Shown: positions 18,701 to 24,773 of the stretch, piece after piece | How positions within the stretch are numbered: position 1 is the stretch's first letter | Layout: each line of letters starts with the position of its first letter | Origin: Syntrophomonadaceae bacterium | Lineage (GTDB): Bacteria; Bacillota; Syntrophomonadia; Syntrophomonadales; Syntrophomonadaceae | Assembly (NCBI GenBank): GCA_031553935.1 | Contig: JAVBKS010000034.1 | Span: 5,034-69,033, forward strand | Direction: 5' to 3' | Length of the DNA stretch: 64,000 nucleotides | Notes under the pieces: model-generated | What the model was told of the DNA's origin: nothing | Databases searched by the model: none | What the model saw: the letters and a program-made list of their open reading frames with translations, nothing else | Made by a program: the position numbers and the translations under genes

Positions 18701-20464
18701 TGTTGCTTTTACATGGCCTTCGATTATGTCTTTGATTATTATTCCTTCATATAATAATGAAGTTTCATTATCACGAAAATCATTGTAGGCGCCGCGATGA
18801 ATATAAGCATCAGCACTGTTTTCTAATTCCCGCACTGACATCGGTGTAGTGGCCTTGACTCCAGGGCCTTCTACCGTCAAGGTTGCACCGGTAATAGCGT
18901 CGATATTATAGGGAGCACTGCCGCTTAAGCCGCCGTTATTAATGTGCTTATAGGGACTGCCGGCATAAGATTTTTCATCAATTGTGATATTATCAACCAT
19001 TTTAGCCGGGGTCATGTTATCGACATATAGGGTTAAGTAGCCTTTGATTGTTTTATCATTTTTAGCTGTTGAATAAATCGCTTCCCAATTGCCTTGATTC
19101 TTGGTTTCATAGGCCAGAATGGCATGCTTATCAACAAGATCTTTTTTAGTCATACCATCTGCAGCTACTTTAAAGCCATCTGCAGCAGCAAACTTAATTA
19201 CATCATTGTCTTTGTATTTTTCCAAAAGCTTAGCTAGGGATACTCCCCTCACTTCGGCCACGGTTTCATCAGAAGCACCCGTCTTTACAAAACGATGTTC
19301 CTGCTCAGTACGTTCCATCATCAATAATTGCGCCCGGGTGTAATTGTCGTCTTTGGTCTTGAGGGCTATTGTTGCAATTGGTTGCTGGTCCCCGATCAAT
19401 ACTCTGAACAAGGGAGTGGGGCCATTAAAGAGGGGATTATTGTAGTCGTTTAGCGCTAATTGTCCGGCCATGATGCGCAGTTTCGAGTCATCATAAGCGC
19501 TGACTTCAGTTGGTGTTTCGATTGTTCCTCTTGCTCCGCCTTCAGCCCAAGCTACAATAGTCGGAACCTCAATTGCGCCTGCGTCGCTATTATCTCCTAT
19601 CTGGGGATAATAGTAGCGGTCAGCTGTAAAAACCTGTGAAATATTTGCCTCATTTGTTACACCAACTGTAGTTTTTGCTGGATCAAATACTATTTTATAA
19701 CCATCACCAGCGAATACAGTCACTTTATTATTGGCTAAATCAGCATCAGTTTTTGCTAATAAAGCTGCAAGTCTTATGCCTTCACCTCGGAAAACACTCT
19801 TTGTATTAGCTGTATTTATGGCCGAGTATAAGTATTGGTTATTAGCAGCTGCATTCTCGTCTTGTTCAGCAATTGCCAAAAGTTCAGCCAATGAATAAGC
19901 TTTCTCTTGGTTAATATTATTTTCCGTATATTCACCATTTCCGATAATTGCATTTCCGCTTATTAATAATACCGGCTGTTTGGCAGCTCTCATCTGCTCA
20001 TAGTCCAAGGACTGGGAGCCAAGAAGCATATTAAGCAATGATTCATCTTCCAGTTTCATTTCCCAAACATTTGACTGATCTGAATCTTCTGCTTCTGTTT
20101 CTGCTTCTATGGTATCGGAATCAGAGGGCAATTGTTCTTGTCCAGTGGCAGCCTGATCTGCTTCATCCGGTCCTCGGATTTGATCAGCATCGCCTTCATC
20201 TGGTGCTTCTGCCAATGGCACCTCAATCACTTCATCTAGTTCTGAATCTGTTAAATCACCGGCCTCATTCGCATTTTGCCCCTCTAATTCAACAGCATCA
20301 TTATCAGGAGTTTCATTAGTGTCAATGATTTTTACTTCTGTATCTGTTGCCCAAGCCTGTCCTAGAGAAAGGCCTGAAGGTGCAAGTATTTGCATAATGA
20401 AAGCCAAAATGATTATATAACTGATCAAAGATCTGCTATTTTTTTGGTTTCTGGTTTTTAGCAT
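12779..20464 (-). CDS. Giant (~2561 aa) S-layer-homology-anchored protein: ~9 tandem sulfite-oxidase-fold (oxidoreductase molybdopterin-binding-like) modules, a Reg_prop-type beta-propeller, and 3 C-terminal SLH domains
   Basis: The track ORF starts with TTG at 20524. The ATG at 20464 has an AGGGGG RBS and gives the signal peptide MLKTRNQKNSRSLISYIIILAFIMQILAPSGLSLGQAWA. Repeated modules end in ILAYG...GGPLRLIINNG, IIAYGQG...FGPLRLVVHDNTGWCVKWLEKIVV and LLAYGVNG...GGPVRVIFGK, as in the YedY/MsrP and sulfite oxidase Moco domain. Propeller blades include IRSIKVDSQNGIWIGTYG, VSALAVDKDGGVWF and VQAIEIDSKGDVWFGSFGG. SLH repeats begin at FGDSVDHWASKNVEFL.... Confidence 0.85.
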   Translation of the reverse strand: MLKTRNQKNSRSLISYIIILAFIMQILAPSGLSLGQAWATDTEVKIIDTNETPDNDAVELEGQNANEAGDLTDSELDEVIEVPLAEAPDEGDADQIRGPDEADQAATGQEQLPSDSDTIEAETEAEDSDQSNVWEMKLEDESLLNMLLGSQSLDYEQMRAAKQPVLLISGNAIIGNGEYTENNINQEKAYSLAELLAIAEQDENAAANNQYLYSAINTANTKSVFRGEGIRLAALLAKTDADLANNKVTVFAGDGYKIVFDPAKTTVGVTNEANISQVFTADRYYYPQIGDNSDAGAIEVPTIVAWAEGGARGTIETPTEVSAYDDSKLRIMAGQLALNDYNNPLFNGPTPLFRVLIGDQQPIATIALKTKDDNYTRAQLLMMERTEQEHRFVKTGASDETVAEVRGVSLAKLLEKYKDNDVIKFAAADGFKVAADGMTKKDLVDKHAILAYETKNQGNWEAIYSTAKNDKTIKGYLTLYVDNMTPAKMVDNITIDEKSYAGSPYKHINNGGLSGSAPYNIDAITGATLTVEGPGVKATTPMSVRELENSADAYIHRGAYNDFRDNETSLLYEGIIIKDIIEGHVKATVAKVDEDVVLVFKNRWRQEVARIPYNDVITAKKPLILAYGTGTLDGTSVAPFVYDGALGTKPELGNDDGCLKLVYDLNEFQNISKSKKFLSVAYIYVEPSGGTPGYKHSQALDPAYSNKTNTEYLLTFTGALLGREVNYTIAELEAMVEYDDNKRPKADGLGYRDEYGLSNTTYWYVNEYEGIKLWELLTQKLGLDAEQYKNDNTNLVSFTAWDNYLTTAKFSLQQLANPDLFMFYEKSPLDIGTARPTKEQLATAAYQPDNREGNWSKDSNNYPVKKGYPVLLAYGVNGYPYVRSSTLEGFRSGLGNDGGPVRVIFGKADNMNRIDSNAPDNYAYFYNNGSNQLQRAQEIYVGDEIRYSTHAQNPDYAAMKDNPALTIEINGTQESHELTLSQLENILYGTGITKKIRDTEGRQEKGYYYYKKAGNGDQIQDLFEGVNLNYLLTEYIGLPGSLGSVDLYGGDTLKASYQLNQLGAEGFNSINGTDKLGMMIAFAKNGYPLVNGKGTGYVDSDTVTGKVIKNTGGPLLFVRGQTEQEKNGGIVDTINDNKTIVENLTKIVVNMEADAYAHTGETYSGYGDMEVKFSGALAKPGDIKISDLEKKQKYLSTREYTIGDKAVTYRGLELFRLLNDSSIGSSALLNAIIVKNGQDSIELSIADLTDSNKKIILAYGIAGSGGILDGKPLVPEQQSPGFDAGYNNSGGPLRLIINNGTASQCITSVTEIELIAGAINDWTHKSGNFAPYASHELEINGNKIATPQKVTVAALEALDNIKVADTYKMGGEFFMQGIDLYKYLQGIGFKDGLDTAVVTAYSGGFSAQFDGAQLKNGVNGKPIIIAYGQGLNATQGLPLVENEQSPGYDSNYGNAFGPLRLVVHDNTGWCVKWLEKIVVGDSEVVIPVDTNDFSIFGLSAGVKNYRIGGAGGIMQLPNDKGKATANYSYTQAGEKKTDYVKGAYLQDILADAGVTDPDAKITINTTDGYETKQESYRDILLKDAIAKKYFLAYDAGPSLEELAKIEDADKNGVKATVRIYRNFNDGENWQNRLTSIKGISVTMPIKYTFNSFVSSINLPYAKIRSIKVDSQNGIWIGTYGTGMAYKSASDTSFTFYNTEGTPKLENDFVSALAVDKDGGVWFSQNASYSEPQNNRGIGYLKNGSITWYRAADNPATIPSDYVQAIEIDSKGDVWFGSFGGITKYDPTANTWRTWTKADGLPAASVNTITFEKSGGLWIGCYPDGTGTENDLFKGGYAHMNSAGVIDFAKTYEGQYDSTLQSSLLADAWVRGIAVDSKGGAWIVRSGSYPTLANVGGRVDHVSGSGSNRTVVSYTGKELLGENLAGNHEIRMVAVDKADGLWFGTSGSGVIYCKKLNEIENVYSSGNQAWPDIVGMDNIYYLGFVGNTLYVGSDAGLAYNTFNIGGGTGGGENDAILTVTRNGSNKDYSLNDLKNLGSTTASYPWLNNYGSKGTESFTGIKLSTVLNNSGLLSGGKSVKISSADGYYRVYNIDSSGEPTMNFINGGPMLLAWKQSGNTLSGLQLVVAQQSTDDVNRDDWVSDVSDIEISTSTGNNGEGTPGPGSSGSSNTKQEEEKTPLALESQVKVENGVASMAITVEDMEKALKVLADDTGSKNIIVNCSTGETINKSVVELPYEVLKRLVDQGQAGLSIRTNHGDLTVVTEVLAGLLAAMKSGNTATIAVANIDNGQEESNPGHPAIDISFAVDGTELTSLQSFLKFAIPYTPSEEEKEDKILAYHVDANGNRVAIPMSGYNADDKAVIGFINHLSVFAVGYNDQTFGDSVDHWASKNVEFLAARAVVSGKAENAFDPNANVTRAEFIKMLAATIEGLRLEFNPETSFEDIDPAAWYGKYVLWAAEQKIVNGFEDGLFKPDTEITREQMALITYKFITELNLGLSQDEEAEAFADQDQISAWALNAVNEMHALEILNGDMDGNFKPQDHASRAEASTIIKKILEIFMQR

Positions 20465-20534
20465 ATATGTAGTACCCCCTATTATCTTTTCTTTCCTTTT
20501 CATCACATCAATAATTCGTGGCAATTAATATCCA

Positions 20535-21677
20535 TTAATCTACCATTATCAATGAATCGACCAAACCAGGTGTTGTCGTTATACCCAGGTCATTACCAAT
20601 AATCACTCCTTCCATCATAAAATCGGTTTTCGCCTTAGAGAATTCCCCTATAAACTGCATGCCCTTTTCCGGACCCATAACCATTAACGCTTTGGTCATC
20701 ATATCAGCCTCAGTGGAGCTTTTTGCTATCACGGTAGCCGCAACACATTTGGTTGTTGGCTTTCCTGTCTGGGGATCAAATATATGATGATATCTCTGGC
20801 CATCAATCTCGAAATACCTCTCGTAATCACCAGAGGTCACCAGTGAAGCATCAACAACCGGCAAAACTGCAATTACTGCATTTTCGTCCTTACGCGGATG
20901 TCTAATTCCTATCTGCCAAGGCTTCCCATCCGGCTTGGAACCCACTGCATATACATTTCCTCCCGCATTAATTATGGCATGTTTTATTCCCTGTTCTTTC
21001 AGTTTTTCTACAGCTTTGTCAGTAGCATAGCCCTTAGCAATTCCGCCCAAATCCATTATCGTACCCCTGTTAACCATGATTTCATCTCCGGCAAGCGTAA
21101 TACCCTTGTAATTGCCGGCTTGCAGAGCTATCGCCAGTTCATCAGCTGTTGGTATATGTTTTTTACCCTTAATGTCCCATAAGTCACTTACCCGTCCCAA
21201 ACCGATGTCAAAAGTGCCACGACTAAGATCACCAAATTCTAAGGCCCTACTAACCATGGCAATTAAATCCGGTGATACTTTCACCCAAGAACCGGGCGAA
21301 TTATTGATTCTGTATACGTCGCTGCCGCTGGGATCCTGCAAGTTTCGGGCTGCAAATCTATCGGCTAGAATATCAATGCGGTTGTATTCAGCTTCAACCG
21401 CTTGCCTTGATTTTTCTGCCTGTTCGGGCGATTCGGCATAAATTATCAAAGTGATTACAGTATCAAGCGCAAAGAAATTGGTTCTATACTCAGACAGATC
21501 GGCAGCACTTACGTTAGGATTAAGTGTATTGCGTTCACTAATTGAATGGCCGCCATTTTGGCAAGCATTTACGAAAGGAAGAAATAATATAAGAGCAATG
21601 ATGATCTTGGCAGATGATTTGGTTTTACGTAACTTTTCTGAACTTGATCCTAAAAAATACAAAACACATTTCCCCAT
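20535..21677 (-). CDS. apbE: FAD:protein FMN transferase (ApbE family), predicted lipoprotein
   Basis: 380 aa with ApbE hallmarks GGIAKGYATDKA, INAGGNVYAVG and TSGDYERYFEIDGQRYHHIFDPQTGKP. The lipoprotein signal is KIIIALILFLPFVNAC. The stop codon lies 10 nt from the giant ORF and about 70 nt from its likely ATG. Confidence 0.9.
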   Translation of the reverse strand: MGKCVLYFLGSSSEKLRKTKSSAKIIIALILFLPFVNACQNGGHSISERNTLNPNVSAADLSEYRTNFFALDTVITLIIYAESPEQAEKSRQAVEAEYNRIDILADRFAARNLQDPSGSDVYRINNSPGSWVKVSPDLIAMVSRALEFGDLSRGTFDIGLGRVSDLWDIKGKKHIPTADELAIALQAGNYKGITLAGDEIMVNRGTIMDLGGIAKGYATDKAVEKLKEQGIKHAIINAGGNVYAVGSKPDGKPWQIGIRHPRKDENAVIAVLPVVDASLVTSGDYERYFEIDGQRYHHIFDPQTGKPTTKCVAATVIAKSSTEADMMTKALMVMGPEKGMQFIGEFSKAKTDFMMEGVIIGNDLGITTTPGLVDSLIMVD

Positions 21678-21756
21678 TTCGAAATAGATAAAAAGATCTC
21701 CGGCAATTTAAATGCTCTTCGAGCTTTCCTCGTCAGCCGAGATCAAGCCTGATAAA

Positions 21757-21780
21757 TAAAAAAAGCCTGCGCAAGCAGAC
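21757..21780 (-). terminator. Intrinsic terminator inside the apbE leader (candidate riboswitch expression platform)
   Basis: The minus strand reads GUCUGC-UUGC-GCAGGC followed by UUUUUUUAUUU. An alternative pairing of upstream AAGCCU with AGGCUU is possible. It lies about 80 nt upstream of the apbE ATG. Confidence 0.6.
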
Positions 21781-21796
21781 TTCTTCTAGGCTTCAC

Positions 21797-21893
21797 TTGC
21801 TTTCCTTTCCAAACGGGAGGCTTATTCGTTTCCAAACAAACCCATCGGTTAGCAACCATGGCAGTGCTTTAGGTATACTAACTCGGATGCAGA
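21797..21893 (-). ncRNA. Candidate molybdenum-cofactor (Moco) riboswitch aptamer
   Basis: The minus strand reads CAUCCGAGUUAGUAUACCUAAAGCACUGCCAUGGUUGCUAACCGAUGGGUUUGUUUGGAAACGAAUAAGCCUCCCGUUUGGAAAGGAAAG. The 3-prime core GCCUCCCGU..UGGAAAGG matches the E. coli moaA Moco element as I recall it (GCCUCCCGUAUCUGGAAAGG). A hairpin immediately precedes CCUCCC (UUGUUU-GGAAAC-GAAUAA). A CCU..GCAC..CCAUGG/AUGGG segment parallels CCUCUGCACCUGGG/CCAGGG. Matched from memory, not by a covariance model. Confidence 0.65.
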
Positions 21894-22117
21894 TAAAATT
21901 ATTAAATTATTCAATATTTTCTTTTTCTAAGTGAAAGTAAATGTCAATATTAACATAATAATATCATAATTCCATCTATTTCGACAATAGTTGAGCAAAT
22001 TTTCTGATAATTTAAAACATTTCGTGATTTCTCGATTATTACGAGCTGAGTTATAAAAATGTTTTCTAAAGCTCGAAAAAAGGCTAAACTTAATAAAACG
22101 CATTAAAGGTGATTCAT

Positions 22118-23671
22118 ATGAAAAAAATTCTAAGTATCCTATTAGCAGCACTGTTTATACTTATTTATGATCCAATAGTCTTAGGCGACATTTATATCGA
22201 AAACGGGGTCCCCACTGAAAACCCGCGCAGATATGTTTATGACGATTTTCAATTAGTAAAAAATGCCTCTTCCGGCATTAACATCATTTATGATTATCCG
22301 AAAGGTTACTCCCTATTCTATCCGGCTAACCTTGAAATAGACACTTCACTCAGCGAGATAAAAACAGTATTGGCGAATAAGGATACTCAGATTGAAATCT
22401 ATAGAGATAACTTTGCTAAGACTACGTATAATTTCAATAGTTACCATAGTATCAGTAATTATTTTCTCAATAACGGTACTGATCATAAACTGCAAGAAAA
22501 CCGAACAGTAAAAATAAATGACCACACTGCTTATTTACTAAAATGGAACCGGGCGAAATTGAAACAAATCGAAAATGACAAGAACAATTATTTAAGTTTG
22601 GAAATCGCGGTTTCCCCAACTCTAGTTTATACAATTATTGTTAAGTCAAGCCATGAAGTTGACGCCATACTTCCTTATTTAACTACTTTCAACTTAATCG
22701 AAACTCAAGGCGCACCACATAACAATACAATTTTTAAGCCGGTTGAGAAAGATTGGAATGAGGAAACCAAGCTTTTCTTCGATGAGTATTTTTCTCCTGA
22801 GGCCAAAATAAATTGGGGCATTTACGAGCATACTGCACCGGCTAGCTTAGACTTCTTGAAACAATTGGAAAGCAAACTCGGCCATAGATTCAGCATTTTA
22901 ACCCATTATCATACTTTCCATACCCCATTTCCTATGCAGGAACTTAAGAATGCTTATGCTGAGAAGCGTATAGTAGAACTAACTCTGCAGACAATGTGGT
23001 TTAAGCGCGACAATAACAGCACCATTTATCAGATTCTAAATGGCGATTACGATGTGTATTTTAAGAATTATGCCCTGAAAGCAAAAGAATTTGGCCATCC
23101 CATTCTCTTCCGCTTCAATAATGAGATGAATGCAGAGTGGTGCTCCTATTCCAGTTATTTCACGTCTAAGGATCCGGAGCTCTTCAAAGCTATGTGGCGT
23201 CACATTTATAGTATTTTCCAAGAAAATGGCGCCGATAATGTATTGTGGATTTGGAATCCCACTGATGTGTCTTACCCGACTTTCAAATGGAACAGTGCCC
23301 TAAACTATTTTCCCGGTAATGAGTATGTAGATATCGTAGGACTAACCGGGTACAATACCGGAACTTATTATCAAGGCGAAAACTGGCGTACTTTCAGTCA
23401 GATCTATGATCCCCTTTATACCGAATACTGTTTAGCTTTCGATTACCCCTTTATGATTACTGAATTTGCTTCCAGCTCAGTTGGCGGCAATAAGGAGCTA
23501 TGGATTGCAGATATGTTTAAACAAATCGAACGCTTCAAAAAAATCAAAGTAGCCATTTGGTTCAATGGAGTCGATTTCGATGCTAATATGCAGCAGGCTC
23601 GCAAATACCGTTTAGATGATACCCAAGCGGTTGTCAATGCCTTCAAGGATGGATTTAAGCAGTATAATTAG
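22118..23671 (+). CDS. Secreted glycoside hydrolase family 26-like protein (beta-mannanase-type)
   Basis: The track ORF starts at 22109. An AAGGTGA RBS precedes the ATG at 22118, giving the signal MKKILSILLAALFILIY. The C-terminal half has GH26-like motifs FRFNNEMNAEWCSYS, LWIWNPTD, YVDIVGLTGYN and ITEFASS. Confidence 0.65.
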   Translation: MKKILSILLAALFILIYDPIVLGDIYIENGVPTENPRRYVYDDFQLVKNASSGINIIYDYPKGYSLFYPANLEIDTSLSEIKTVLANKDTQIEIYRDNFAKTTYNFNSYHSISNYFLNNGTDHKLQENRTVKINDHTAYLLKWNRAKLKQIENDKNNYLSLEIAVSPTLVYTIIVKSSHEVDAILPYLTTFNLIETQGAPHNNTIFKPVEKDWNEETKLFFDEYFSPEAKINWGIYEHTAPASLDFLKQLESKLGHRFSILTHYHTFHTPFPMQELKNAYAEKRIVELTLQTMWFKRDNNSTIYQILNGDYDVYFKNYALKAKEFGHPILFRFNNEMNAEWCSYSSYFTSKDPELFKAMWRHIYSIFQENGADNVLWIWNPTDVSYPTFKWNSALNYFPGNEYVDIVGLTGYNTGTYYQGENWRTFSQIYDPLYTEYCLAFDYPFMITEFASSSVGGNKELWIADMFKQIERFKKIKVAIWFNGVDFDANMQQARKYRLDDTQAVVNAFKDGFKQYN

Positions 23672-23763
23672 CATACGAATGAATTCGAACGCATCTAATG
23701 AGGATACATGCGCTAACTGAATAATCCATCTGTTGCTTTTGACGCTTCAATAATAGAGGAAAG

Positions 23764-24552
23764 CTATTTTGTCACCCCTCTATTAGAGGAGCTGCTCGGT
23801 GCTTTGATTAGTCCTTCAACCTTACTTCTGCTAAGGCCGGTTAAACGAACCAATTGCCTTACTGATATATTGCCTCCAAGTAGCTTTTTAAGATATCTAG
23901 TCTGCTCTCTTTCGCCAAGCGTTTGGAACTCTTGGAGGTCATTTAGCTTACATTCCTTTTTGATTATTCTTGCTGCAACATGATCGCCGATTCTTTTTTT
24001 CTCACTGAATTCCAAAAACAACTGCTTATTATCAGATCTATCATTTACCATTTCAATGATAGTATCCAGGGGAATAATTTCGAATAGTTGCTCATGATCA
24101 ATTATTGCAGATGTATTCTTTAGCAGACGAAAGCTGCTCCATTGAAAGTCCTCTGCTATTTTGCATAGCTTTGCTTGTACCGGTTTTAAATAAATATATC
24201 GCAGCACTTTTGTAAAATAAGTTACATCTTCTACCGGAATGCTCTTGTAGCGGTCTTGAAATAGATGCCCGCTGCGTTCATATTTTTGGTTGTACCAATA
24301 TACGAAACGCGCTCCTAGTCTTCGAAAGGCTTGAGCAAGAGTTTCTTCTCCCTCTTTAATAAGAAGATGCACCTCATTACCTAATAGTACATAAGCATAG
24401 AGCTCAAATTTGCTTAATTTCTTACTTTCTTCCAAACAATACAGGAATCTTTCTTTATCTTCTTCATCTTTGAATATCATCTGTTGGTTGGCAGCTCGAA
24501 GTATTACATGGTAGATTCCAGTCTCACTTTTATGGCGTGCTGCTCTTGGCAT
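23764..24552 (-). mobile_element. REP-associated tyrosine (Y1, IS200-like) transposase-like protein with C-terminal HTH
   Basis: 262 aa. Supporting segments are GIYHVILRAANQQMIFKDEEDKERFL, EVHLLIKE, HLFQDRYKSIPVED and RYIYLKPVQAKLC..DFQWSSF (RAYT/COG1943 pattern), followed by the HTH SVRQLVRLTGLSRSKV. Confidence 0.75.
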
Positions 24553-24664
24553 AGTTACACTCCCTAAATTTTTTCACTATTTTAGCATTGTGAGCCAGTT
24601 ATAGCAAGCTCCAAGAACCGTCCCCTTAGAGAGCTATTCCCTCTTCGAAGCAGGAGCCCACTCT

Positions 24665-24727
24665 GTCGCTTCGCGCCACCTCCCTCGGAGAACTCCCTCC
24701 GTCGCTTCGCGCCACCTCCCTCGGAGA
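24665..24727. repeat. Two perfect 27-bp direct repeats (GTCGCTTCGCGCCACCTCCCTCGGAGA), period 36 bp, each hairpin-prone (REP-like)
   Basis: Copies at 24665..24691 and 24701..24727. The second copy extends into the hairpin CCTCCCTC-GGA-GAGGGAGG. They lie directly upstream of the RAYT-like gene. Confidence 0.85.
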
Positions 24728-24734
24728 GGGAGGC

Positions 24735-24762
24735 AAAAAAAAGGTCCCCCTCGGAGGGGGAC
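24735..24762 (-). terminator. Rho-independent terminator of the 2293-aa surface protein gene
   Basis: The minus strand reads GUCCCCC-UCCGA-GGGGGAC followed by CUUUUUUUU, starting 12 nt after the stop at 24774. Confidence 0.8.
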
Positions 24763-24773
24763 TTTTTCGCTTT

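Noticed and set aside
21700-21900. FMN (RFN) riboswitch or T-box upstream of apbE
   Set aside because: Given the flavin link I looked for the RFN core (GGGCGG..., CCGACGG... type segments) and for a T-box (AGAGA / GGUGGNACCRCG). Neither is present. The conserved segments found fit the Moco motif instead.
21927-22151. 74-aa minus-strand ORF in the apbE/GH26 divergent region
   Set aside because: It overlaps the GH26 start and its RBS. The sequence is AT-rich and low-complexity. No RBS is present, and the region is better explained as promoter and leader DNA.
24665-24762. Possible mini-CRISPR (27-bp perfect repeats)
   Set aside because: There are only two copies separated by 9 bp, so no spacer-sized unique segments exist. 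No cas genes are present. The repeats are hairpin-forming and REP-like.
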